This document shows positions 43,928 to 56,489 of a DNA stretch of 64,000 nucleotides, piece by piece. Each line of letters opens with the position of its first letter. Position 1 is the first letter of the stretch. This stretch comes from Babesia bigemina. Lineage: Eukaryota. The position numbers and the translations under genes are program-made. The notes under the pieces are model-generated. The model was not told the origin of the DNA and ran no database searches. It saw nothing but the letters and a program-made list of their open reading frames with translations. The stretch is from NCBI RefSeq assembly GCF_000981445.1, contig NC_027217.1:806001-870000 (forward strand), given 5' to 3'.

Positions 43928-46900
43928 TTTGTAAAAGATTCGTTTAATGAGACAACTTCTATGAACTTGTGTCTTGTGCGTTTACCTGCAAAACAGGATA
44001 TAAAACATACCTCGTATTTAAGCACCTGTGTCTACGGCGTGCAGCACAACGCAAGTGTCGCTACTTTCTCTTACAATTATGCTCTATCGCAATCCAATAA
44101 CCTGCATACACAATAAACAGGGAAATATCATAAGTGAAAAGATGTTTATGATGCCACATTCCTACCGTGTCTACCCAATTAACGTGACATGCAGCGCGCA
44201 GAACGCGAGTCACCGTCTATATACATTTTACATAGGAATTGCGCATAACGTACCTAGATATAGTAGAACATTATGTAACAATGCATACGTGTATCCTTAA
44301 AATGTTACCATGGATTGCCGATCTTATGTGGCAGCGCCTATGGAGCCTCGCAGTACCTTCTTGTTATCAACACAGCAATAGCACGACGAGTAATGCAGTC
44401 ACTACTTGCGCCGTTTACCGTGGTAGTCACAGTTTCATGCTTCATGTGACTGCCGCAACTTTAATTCCGACGACTTGTGGCTCATAACAGCTGCACTTTA
44501 AACATGTTAATGCACCATCCCCGTAACACAGCTGTTCTTCCAGCTGTTACCACATCCTGCCGAAGAACGTGGCACAACTATGTGTTTGGGGCCATTGTAT
44601 GTAACCGGGTAATGTTGTGCTTGACTACCACGACGGTTCCCCAGATTTGCTTCTAGTTTGGTATGTAGAATAACCAGGCGCTTTACCAACAGTTTTTTTA
44701 TATTTACACCTTCATATCCTGGGGTCCCATGCCAAACAGAATAAGCGAATCATGGATTTCATGGTTGCCCTAAACCTCTGGATTCCTGAACCACAGTTGC
44801 CCACGTTTTTATACAGCGTTTGCCCATGCATACATAAAATGAGCTGTGTTCCAACGAGAAGTTATACTGATAGTTCAGTCAAACACGTACCTGCCGCTTT
44901 TACATGGCACGCTAACTGTCCAACAAGTGCCTGCGTGGACAACGGTGCAGGATTAAGATGCCGACCGTTCACACGTCGCCCCTATAGCAGCACATAATCA
45001 TTCAACCTTTGTACATTTAGCAGGCAAATTACTGTCTAACCAAGCAAGGCGCTTCTATGCCGCAGGTTTTGGGTGATCACCTGCATTGACCTACGAGGCA
45101 TATGAGCAAAAACTCTTTTATTACACTACCTTCATGTTGCCAGTTAGATGGGTGAAGTCAGCCGTTGCTTGAAGGAAGTGCATAGCATGGGTTGGTGGCA
45201 CACAGGTGTTACTATACCGTTCATCAAAATAGTACCACATTGTTCCCTTAACCAGGGTCGGTCAAATACGGTACGTATTTTACCACCTTGATGTAGATAC
45301 TACCGGTGTACTGGAGTTCATAGTTACGATACTTCGGCCTTGGAATCATCTGATTCTTGAGGCGTAGCGTGATCTGTGCTATCGGCAGCGTCTTCACTAC
45401 CATCTGCTCCGTGAGGAGTGTTACCGTACAATTTATCCTTTGTAATATTATTCAAATCTGATATGTTACATGATTAAACATGTTACAATAATCCGTTCAT
45501 TAAAGCGAAGCTCTTCATGAGCAACTCATGCTACCGCTTTGACATCTCCTTACGCCTTCGCCTATGCTCTTCACAATCCCCGCCCACATATTTAAGTACA
45601 GTCTTTACACGATCATTTTCACCCGCTCCGGTAGGCAGATGCCCCTCCACATTTCGCTCATCCGCTCCAGCAGACGCCGTTATCTTGTGCGCGACGGATT
45701 CGAATGAAGTAGCGTGAAGTATATTGCCATCTACGTTGAGTGAACAAAGCACTCTTCAAATGGAAAGGTACCTACGGACTGGCGTACAAAAATGCCCTCG
45801 CAAGCGCCGAATTTGGCCGGCCTTAAACGAAGGCGATATTTACGGCTAACACATGCACCAACTTGTGAGTGTTCCAGCATTATCTGAATCAAAATAAACC
45901 CAACTGTATTTGAAGCAAGGAGCATGTATACACTCCACCCAGACTGGCATGGTGCGCACTCGCGTTGCCACTCTTTCGGGGTAACGAATAAGTGGGTAGC
46001 TATGTTTGCGGGGCGCCCCTCAAAGCATCTGCTAGGGTGCAGTCTGGGGTTACGACCTCGAGGCTTATCACGATGCTGACAATACATGCGCCACAGCTGT
46101 GGTATTCAATTATACAATCCTGTCGGTAAATCTTATGGTAAACGTATACGCCGATTCAGTTTATCTAACGTCCCAAAGACTTGGCGAATGACCCAACACC
46201 TCGGCCACGCTGCCAACCGGGTCTCAGTACGTTGTCATTGTACGACACTGCTGGCTATTACAATCGAGCCAAGCAACGAGAGATAAATGTATGAAACTAT
46301 ATTACACTGTAAGTTGCCGTTGATGTGTGTTAAACTTCTCCACAACAAGTCGCTGTAGCGAAGCACAGCAAATGGAGTGACAGCCAATGTTGTATCCATT
46401 GCGCACGAATGCATCGTGTCTGCTGGTATCACGTTGTTATGGTGTACGTCTACAAGACCAACATCTAAGAAAAAGGACAAATCAAAAGTCGACTGTACTT
46501 TTTCAATTACAACATTGATAACCAGAATTCCATCCGCTATGTATTCTGTCTAACCACTTGCACAGCACTGCTGACAGTGGCATCCAGCACGTGCATGGAT
46601 CCACAAATTATCGCCATCACTATACCAAATAATCCCAGAAGAAAATGAAGCACTCCCGTGATGTCGGATGTTAGGCTGAACAATGTGCCCGTAACTGGCC
46701 TTGCGATATATATATCAGACCAAGTTAGTTGTACTTGTAATAAGCCTGCAATAGTACGTCCCGGTGTTGTTAGTGCACGTGGATTCATATATCAATTGCC
46801 ATGAGAGCATTACACCACTCATGGGCATCTCATCTGCAGCATAAGCGAAACCAGCCCAAGAGTCCATCCGATTGGCCCGCGTGTATAAAGAGTGCTGTGT

Positions 46901-47705
46901 TTACTACAACCACAGTTTCGTGATGAGAACACGTTTGCATATACGAGCGTAGGATTGGCTTCGCTTTAGATCTAGAGAGGAATGTCCATGTGTGCCCTAC
47001 CGCTGTCGTAGACGATAACGCTGAAGGTGTATTCGTGTATCGGCACGTTTACCTTTACATCCGATAACTCCATTTTTACCAGCAATTATAATCTTCATAT
47101 ATAATATGCAGTTTTGCCGACCACGTCGATGCCCTTGCGTGAGTTTGCATCTTCCGTGGCCTGGGTCATGCCCACAGTGTGTATAAGTTCTCGGTAAATA
47201 CCTTGAGATCCTCATTATTGAGTGGATGGTTTGAGGTAAAGGTTGACTTCCGTAGCAATTTCCAGCTCCGCAAGGGTGTACAGGCGGCCCACCTCCCTGG
47301 CTCAACGTGATAATGTATACTACCATTCCCATGCAGAATTTGCATTTGTTTCCGCTCATGTGATTCACGAGTAGAAATACAGACGGTACACGACTTTTGT
47401 GTACCTAAGGTATCATCAATCACTATCCACCTGCTAACTCCCATTCGGCGCGTTGCATTTTAGCAGCTTCGCAATCGTGTATTGCGTCAGCAGCCAGTGC
47501 AACGACTAGCACGCATATATGCGTATCCCTAGATTTTGGTAAATTTGCTGTGATACAAAACTAGCGCCGGCTTCGTTTATAATCGAGGTTCCAGCGGTAT
47601 TTTCATTGCCTTCCTCCTCATCTTGACGGTACTAACTTTGCCCAATCACCAGCGTAGTACACAGTTACTAGATTGGCACTCCCATATCGATGCTCCCGAT
47701 ATCAC

Positions 47706-48218
47706 TCAGCGCAGCTTACATTTCGCAAACTTGGCAGGTAAGTATCGGTGGCCTCTAAATTTAGAGAGAAGACCATAATCGTCATATTCATTGTAAGTAT
47801 TCAAAAAGGCATAGAGTAATGTCTTTAATTTCCAGAAGCAGTACATGATCATTTCCAGAGTAATTGTGGTACCTTTCAAAAAAGCTGATGAGCACCTAGC
47901 CCCCCATCCGTAGACGTAAGCCGCTAAGAGTAATGCACTTATGAAACCCAAGAGAACTATCAAAGGAACTACATATGTAATCCAAATGTACCACATAATC
48001 GTCCTAACCACGGCTTCCATTACCTGCTCAACACTTGGTTTCTTTATCGCAGCTTTCACATTATCTTCGGTGACTGTCTCCCTCACTACTTGTTCTAGCA
48101 TAACCTCTAAAAAGGAAAACACGCCACTCGTGAAAAGTGACCGCGCCTCATATATCGCCGAGGTAAAGAACCTACTGATGGCGTTACACTGAGCGTCACA
48201 AGTACTCATCTTGCCCAT
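47706..48218 (-). CDS. Possible small membrane protein or gene relic
   Basis: 170-codon ATG-initiated ORF with a strong TM segment (WYIWITYVVPLIVLLGFISALLLAAYVY), in an otherwise ORF-poor region. Confidence 0.4.
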   Translation of the reverse strand: MGKMSTCDAQCNAISRFFTSAIYEARSLFTSGVFSFLEVMLEQVVRETVTEDNVKAAIKKPSVEQVMEAVVRTIMWYIWITYVVPLIVLLGFISALLLAAYVYGWGARCSSAFLKGTTITLEMIMYCFWKLKTLLYAFLNTYNEYDDYGLLSKFRGHRYLPAKFAKCKLR

Positions 48219-51200
48219 TTATCTTGCTTTCCGAGTTGCGATTAGTTGAGTGGAGATGAGCCCGGGAAGTTTAGATTCGTTCTTCAGGCTTGCAAGCAGA
48301 TATACATGTCTTATCAGTTGTACTATATATTATTTCAACGAGGAATGTCCCAAAACATGATAACTAGAAGCGGCAGGGGATGCAAGAAAGGTCATGGTCG
48401 AAAGACGTTTCACGGGAACCCAGGTACGGAAATACAGCGATAACGGTTATCATCATCATCCCCCATGACTTGAATAATTATGATAATGCTTATTAAGACG
48501 TAAACTAAAGGGTTATATCAGGAATCCGTATTACGCGGTCAGCGCCTGAGGCAGAGCTACGCGACGTCGGAATCCTCAAGTCGCAGACAACAATGCATGC
48601 GACGCTAAAAAGCAGACAGTCTCATACAGGTTGTTAAAATCAAGTTGTAAATGTCAATAAATCATAATCATCTCGACGCCTGGATACGGCGACATACACC
48701 GTCCCATACGAATAAAAATCTCACGGTATAATCAATGGTTACTGGAAGTCCACGAAACCGCTTCCTCCTTCCATATACATATTTAATTCGCAGTATTGTG
48801 TGATATAGACGTTGGAATCCGTGTGTGTTACGGTCACCGGTGCCTACAGCTGTGGCCATGGGCTGCATCTGCGTCCAACCAGTTACGCACATCGATACAC
48901 ATGATGCCATTCAACAGACAAAAAGAATGTGATACAAATTGTTTACTCGCGGAACGGGCTATATATGACGTTGCAAAGATATAACCTTCTGCAATACTGC
49001 CCAGCCGAAGTAATTGTGTCTCGTGCACATCCGGATGATAGCTATGCTTATTGACCAGCCATACGATGAGCAGATTCAGCGGCAACAACAACATCAAAAG
49101 CATGATAAGGACGACTGCTGGTTGAGTCACTGGTTGCCGAAAGATCTGCCCACAGCTTAATCGATTACTGCATATTGAGCATCAACATGGGCCTCACTCA
49201 CTTCTAGAAGGTCGACTTGAATGATTTACTATCAGAAAACGAAATGAATTCCGATTGATGCATCACCTACGTCAAGTCACAATCACCTTGAAGGTGCTTT
49301 GTTTCCTGTTGGACGTCGCATTCTAAATTATAATTTAGGTTCGATCTTCCATATTTCGTATACACATGTAATGACATTTAAACGATATCACAATGCTAGG
49401 GGGAAGCTAACTGCATTCTGTGAGCCTGTACAGAATTACTGCAGCTATGCGTTCATTATAGAGCCGGAGGCTTTGAATCCTCACTAGTTGCATTCTGTGT
49501 TGCACTTAACCCATTTTGTTCGCTACGATTACTGCCCTATGAAATGACATACGTGATGTAGCGAAGTACGGCACCACAGATGTAGGAAAGAGAATCCACT
49601 CAGTGCTTGACAGGCAAATAGGAGTAACGAAGGAGCAGATAGACGCCTACAAGATCGGGAGTGAAGTGCGTGGTAAGTGCGGATGGATCGCGTACGACAC
49701 AACAGCCAATATTCAAAAGACTAAGGAAGGAAATCCATCCGACAACAATGTCGCATATATGGGAAGAACACTTTCACCATGTTGGAAATAGAAATAGCTA
49801 ATCAAATAAATTTGATGGAGACGGAGACGATCACGAGTCTCTATCCAAGTGTATCACGCAGACGGAATGGATGCCATGACGGATGAAGCCAGTAACCTTC
49901 GGCAAAAGCTCAAGGAAAAGATGTTTGCAGGCGCATGGTTATAGCATTCGCAATTTTACTGAACGGCATAGGAATGATAAAAAAAAAATTGCGACTTTGG
50001 GAGTGCCAGCTTGTGCTACATATATCGACTTATTTGACACTGAATTATTTAAAGTATTCGGATACAACGTATTTTTATCATATAGGAGAGTTATGAGTAT
50101 TGCTCCACTGAATAATCCCACCTCGTTTTAATGTTTCTCGATGTCCATGTATCCACCCTTCCGCTGCCATCCCTGTGGTGCTAAGTTTTGGGTGCCGAAT
50201 CTGGCAAATAATCAATGCAAGTAGAACATTGAGTTTAAAACACCGTTAATGTAATGATAAGCTGTATTCAGATGATGAACATCTGAGTTGTGCGTTGATT
50301 TGTTTCGGGATTAGTTGCCAGCAACACATACAAAAGAGGTATAAATTAGCTAGATGAGCACCATATGAGGTCCTCGAACCAACAATATGAATAATTAATA
50401 GAAGCACAACTATGATGGCATAATAAACATTTAAGACTTTAATACGTGAAGCTTCATTGCCTAACTCCAAACAGACTAATGTATGTCAGGCTGTCAACGT
50501 GAGAAGTGATAACTACTAATCACTTGTAAGCTGCAATTTTAAAGATAGCTCAATATTATGTATAATTGTACTGTTTGTATGTGATAATTGAGCAATGTAA
50601 TGTGTGTTACGGGGTGTACATTGATGCTGCGGCCTTTGAGAGTAATGTTGAAAAAACCAACGCGAACCATCCATCCCTGGTCAACTCGTTTTGCGAGACT
50701 CGAGGTTTGTCGATCTGTTTATTCGCGCCTTTTGAAACAGGATGAATCACTTGGGTCGTAAGACAAAATATTCACTTCTGTAATCCTCGAAAATTCCACC
50801 TAGAACTCTTAAATGGTAGCAGCTGAAAACAATGTCGAAGCGTTGGATTTTTGATGACAATAATATCGTTGTTGATATTTAAAAACTTGCCACTGATTCT
50901 GAACATAAACCCACAACATCGCATTTTATATCCTCCTCATGAGATAAGTATCAGAGCACACCATTAGGTATTAATAATCCGGCGATACAATTAGTACGTG
51001 AATATAGGTAATCCTAGTTGCAATATGTGACAAATTCTAATCATCTATTTTTTCTATTGCGCAGAGGGCATCCTTCATCTATCGCTTATGTTATAGAAGG
51101 TCGGGACACGGAATTCTAGGTCCTGCAATTTCATAAGTGATATGAAGAGTTTACATTATTAATAAAGCAATGGATATCTGTTGTATACACTGGATATATA

Positions 51201-52456
51201 CGGTGTTCAATGCACTTATGCTTACCCAGAGTGCCATGAGTGTTCTACATAGGTACCTGGAAGCTAATTTACATTTAATACAATTTTACCGACCAAACGC
51301 TTAGTCGAGACACGTCGCTATATATATGGCGTATGGGACAACTAACGTAATTTACCCCCAACTGCTACAGCACTCCGGGGCCGTCCTTAGTCTATACGCA
51401 GGGTAATGCAAGCGAGCTGGGAGAAGATGAGTGACAAAAACTGTGGGACTAGTTCGAACATTTGTAGTGGAGAATGTCAGTGTTTCTATAGGTGTTATGA
51501 GCACTGCTTACGTTACAAAAACATCTAGAGACGTGCAAACCCAATGTAGTGGTTGAAAATGGGAACGTCTCTTAGTTCTCGCTTTTCAAAAACGTCAGGC
51601 CTAACATTCATCGTATTAGTCATAATATTCTACGTGATTGCAAATGCGAAACGGTAATTAGAAACCTATGACTGCATCCTTATTCCACGAGATATTCACG
51701 ACCCATACAAGGGGTATACACCAGGAGGCGCACATAAGTTTCATTTATCCCACCACTAGTCGTCTATCGCAACAACTATCTCGTCTCAATGTAATAGTGT
51801 CCATTGAAGCCTTAGACGTTCTCCCAGGAGTCATGTTCCAAAGGCTGGCATTAGATACCGGCTCTGGAGTCATGACTTCATCAACCAACAACTTACACGT
51901 CATATTATACTCTCAACGCTACAGATATGACGTAATGCCATCGTTTTTACAGGACGAATCTAATTAATGCGTCGAGTATGCATTAGCCTGAGCACTGGTC
52001 GTGCCATGTAGTATTCATATGGACAATCAGGAACAGAGATTCCAGCTGAAAACTGTATTGTATCTTCTATTTTCGTTGTATTTTTAACCACGTGCTTGTT
52101 TCAGTACCCTACTAAATCTAACAACTCCACTAAAATGTTGCTGATCACTCCAGGGTCATCACAATTCAACCTACTTTTTCATGGTGTACGGAGCGCATAT
52201 GCAACCAGTGTATTAAGATTATGCCATTCCCTGCCGATTGAAAATCGCACTCCACGATCATTAAGGTTCATTTATAATCGTTAAATAAATGTTTGTACGT
52301 TACATGTGTCGCAACGAATGCGGCAGGGCAAAAAGGCGTCGGAAATGTCGGCATTGCCAACTGGAGACATCAAAATGAGAATCCGCACCCGCGTCTCGCT
52401 GCATTTGTGAAAAATGCGATGGGCCAATTTACGGCCACTATGATATGTAAGGCGCG

Positions 52457-53648
52457 TCATAATGACTTGTCAGTGTAATCGTCGATGCCGCCCTCAGTGA
52501 TGCCGAAGACCGCCTCACCTTCCGGAAGGCTTGGAGAATCGTAAATTTTACAGATACGGCTGTCTCCCCTTGACTTCCGAAGGAACAACCTGGTCTGGCT
52601 GGCGTGCGCAATGATGTTCCCACCGACCGGCATCTTGTCATTCCCACCGTAGAACGAGGCCATGTTGTCGACTTTTGAGAGCACCTGATTCGAGATGACC
52701 ACGGCCACCCCAAAGGTGTCTGCAATCCTCTGCAAGGCCCTGAGGAACCTGCATAGATGCATCTGCCTATTGGCCAGCTCGCCTCTGCCCGAGTAGTCTG
52801 AGCGATAGAGAGCCGTCGCACTGTCCACAATGAGCAACGCAAATCGCGTCTGCGCCATGATGTTGGCAGCTTCTATAAGCAGCTCCAGTTGGTGATCAGT
52901 GTTGTACGCTTTTGCGTACGCGATGTTTTCGAGGCAGTTGGCTGGCGAGAGCCCGAAGCGCTTAGCTATGGCAACGATCCTCTCAGGTCTGAATGTGCCT
53001 TCGGTGTCGATCCACAGACATTTGCCCTCGCCTCCACTCTGCTCCACGGGTAATTGGCAGGTGACCTGAATGGAAGTGAGCACAACAACGTTCATGGAGG
53101 GGTCAGCGTCAACAGCCGGTAATGACAACACGCCAACATAAAACGGTTTGAATTATCGAGAAATGTTGCTAACAACCTACCGCCAGTGTGTGACATAACT
53201 GCGTCTTCCCCGTTTTGAACTCGCCGAAAATCTCAGTGATGTTGCCGGTCTCGACGCCACCCTGCAGCAACGCATCAAGGGCGGTTGACCCGGTGGTGAA
53301 CTTGATGAGGTTTTCCCTGGCCTCCAGATAATCTGTTGCCGAACAAAAACCGAGGTGGCAAAGCTCCTTGCATGCCAATTTGATCTTCTCCACCTTCTGC
53401 TCGCTGAGGCCCTTGACGTCAAGCAACATCTTCGCCGGCGCGTAGGCCACACACTCAAGCGTCGAGAATCCGGCTGCACGGTGATTTAGCCCTCACATTT
53501 GCCACATACCTTCCTTCAAGAGATCGATATCTCGTTGCAGCAGGCCCTTGGTTAGTAGACATTCCAGCCGCTGCGGGTTAGCGGACATGGAGTCCGTAAC
53601 CGCCACAAGCGTGTTCTCCTGCGGTATAGCTAACTCCTTACACACCAT
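52457..53648 (-). CDS. RAD51: Rad51 recombinase
   Basis: Walker [34 protein letters not shown] and GGNIIAHAS, which are Rad51-type rather than Dmc1-type. Two introns. Confidence 0.96.
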
Positions 53649-53768
53649 TTTGACTATGAATGTCCTGTGGGTGCGGAGCGGAATTCTCGGTGTGTGGTCA
53701 AGTAGCCGCGCGTCACACACCCAACCTAGCGCACTATCGGCTCCACGTAGCAACCCTCGCCACTAAAA

Positions 53769-54348
53769 TCAACGAATGCCCGCCGCTGACATCGTGCATA
53801 ACGTTTCTGCAATTATAAACGCCTGCGCCCGCTGCTCAGCCACTTTGGCGTTCAGCGCGTCGATGTTCCTGTGCAATGAAAGTTGTTTGCTGATGCCACC
53901 TACTTTTGCAGTAGCTTGAGCCGCTCGGAGGCGAATGTGTACGCTTCGTCGTGGTCCATAGCGAGGTAGAATTGGTAACCGATGTGAACGAGTATGCGCC
54001 GGTCTTTCCTAAGATTCATTTAATTGCGCGTTTTCCGAACTAACAGGCGTGCTGGGAGGAATATCCCGTTTCCTGCGTCGATGTATGCCCGAGTATTGTC
54101 ATCCAGACGTTCAAGGAGCTTGATGTTTGCCATGAGTTTTTTGCTGCGTTCCGTCAGGGAACCAAGAGCTCGTGAACCCACGTGTTCAGAAAGTTCTTCA
54201 CCGCTTTGTCGCGTTCGGCCTTGGCAACAGAGATGCCGTACTCCAGCAGATCTTCGACGGATTCGACGTTGCGTAGCTGCGGCGGGAGCTGCTGGCGGAG
54301 CACGCCGAGCACTTCCCTGTCGGCTAGTGTGTCGTCGTTATCAAGCAT
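53769..54348 (-). CDS. UXT-like alpha-prefoldin
   Basis: Spliced exons give AERDKAVKNFLNT|KKLMANIKLLERL..AYIDAGNGIFLPARL|KDRRILVHIGYQFYLAMDHDEA..|NIDALNAKVAEQRAQ, an alpha-prefoldin coil-hairpin-coil. Confidence 0.72.
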
Positions 54349-54380
54349 TGTGTTTCATAGAATTAAGAAATCTAAGAGAT

Positions 54381-56355
54381 TTATTTGGTTTTACGTTTAA
54401 TTGCTTCCTTCTTCTGTCTGAGCTTCTCGGCAGCCTCAGCCTTCCGTCGTTCGCCGAACTGCGCGGTATGCCACGGGCATCATGTGGTGAACCGACCTCG
54501 ATTTTGGAGAGAAGGCGTCTTGTCTTCTTAGGCATTAGCGCCTTAGACATTTGTTTCATTTCTTCCGTCTGCGAGGGTCATGTTTGGCTCTGGAATCGCA
54601 CTCACCATGGTGGTCTCCTTCTTGATGTCCTCTTGGAACCTAATCCGCTGAGTTTTAAGGTCATCTGGATCATCTGAGACGCATGTTAGTGATCCAACAA
54701 CACACATAAGCTTCGTACCATTGGTGAGGGAACGCTGAGACGCTTCCTTGACGAGTTTATCCAACTCAAGTTGCCTATCTGGCACCGCCAAGTCATCCTG
54801 GGATTCATTGATAGTTTGCCTTGCAGCAACGTACCACAAACGGAGACAGATGGTGCGGAAGTGGCACGCCTATTGCGTATTGCTGGACTGGCAACAAGAT
54901 TCCACAGTTCAGACAGTCGAACACGTATTGCGGCTGCACGTAGTCCTTCGTTGGGTCCACATCTGCGCATCGCCGTAAAAGTCACCAAACGCTCAAACGC
55001 ACCCGCAACCGGCCTATCAACGATAACGTGCGTTGCGTTCTCCAGCTCCGTTATCGTGCCGCCTGCCGACAATATCACGAGGCAGGTCGGCACCAGGGGC
55101 ACCTCGGGGGATAAGCTGAATCGCATCCCATTGAACAGCCCCTCCGTGACTGCCGTGCCGCCTGTTGATTCCATGTACACGAATTCATTGCCGATGTGCG
55201 CGAATTCAGGCTTCACTTTCGGCGGGTACGACAGCCCTGCCATTGAGTACAGCTTGAAGTTCACCAGTTTGACGAGCTCGATGTAGTACTCCACAAAAGT
55301 TGCGATTACATTGAAGTCCACTTCATCAGGCATCTCCTGAACGAATATTACACGCGTGTGCCAACGAAAATGCGTCGCAAATTTGAACGATGAACCCCAA
55401 GCACCACGCGCTGAACCCGGCTCAACACGCGAATGCAAAAGAGCTTTAATCACCTTACAGTACCTTAATTTATTGTAGAATACACCAAATACAGGACATG
55501 TATATATACATCTGTTTCCCAACACGCGTCCAATATTAAACGCCAACGATTGGGGACAGCGAGGCACCACAACACACCTGTGCGAAGCAGTGGGGGAGAA
55601 TCCACGTCACGGTCTCCTCCAGTATTTCCGCCTGGAAGTAGAACCCCTTGATTGAGATGAAGGTCTTCTTCAGACAACGCGTTTCGCTGACATATTTCAG
55701 AAAGTGCTGCAGGTGCATCTGGCACATGTCCACAACTTTGGGCTCGATGCCCTTCTTTTTGTTGGCCGGAAGCGCTGCATTAACATTAGCGGGGCATCGC
55801 AACATCACACAGCATCGACAGAGTTATGTAACTGATAAACATCAGAACCTAAAAAGCGCGTGGTTGACGCCACAGCTTTATACTTTCACCAATAAATGAC
55901 CTACCCGCCACTGCTGCGATGGTAGAGACCGCATCATCCAGGTCGGCAACTGCGTTCACGAGCGCTGGGCAGCGTTCCTTGACGACGGTTGCGAGCGAGT
56001 ACCGCGGGCGCTTCCGTTCGACGAGCTTGGCGTCGTACAGTTCGCCTCGGGTGACCAGTTTGCGATGTCGCTTGAGGTGCGCGCTGATGTCACGGAACTT
56101 GGCGAGAAGGTCGCCGGATCCCAGGTACCGCACATCGTTCACATGGTAATAGATTTTGTCCTTCTTGAGCTTCCTGCGATTGATGCCCTTGCTCGTGAGC
56201 GTGCCTCCTCTAGCGACGTCACGCGGGTACACGCCTTTCAGGATGCAGAGCCGCTGGAAGTCCTTGAGCGACACCTGGAGCTTCTTGAGCGCCTGGCTAC
56301 GCGTTATGTAATTCCGCGTAGCGCCCTCCTTGTTTGGCGCCTTTTTGAGAGTCAT
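54381..56355 (-). CDS. PES1: Pescadillo / Nop7
   Basis: [52 protein letters not shown]-like [22 protein letters not shown], and C-terminal LMPKKTRRL. Confidence 0.95.
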
Positions 56356-56489
56356 GGCGGGATAATTGGTTGTGAGCGGGTGTAGCGGCGGAAGGCGGCC
56401 GCCGGCTCTCCCCTCCCAGCCCACCAAAAACACGAAAAATTCAGTACAATTAAAAACAAAATCTACATGGTGTGCGTTCAGCTTCAGGT

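Noticed and set aside
44000..52400. Mobile element or viral insertion in the low-GC island
   Set aside because: I saw no transposase, reverse transcriptase or integrase motifs, terminal repeats or target-site duplication.
9124..56355. Apparent functional clustering of ribosome-biogenesis and translation genes (NOL10, bystin, RPL36, pescadillo, eIF4G)
   Set aside because: Such genes are a large share of a reduced parasite genome and are interspersed with unrelated genes. Enrichment cannot be shown without a genome-wide test.
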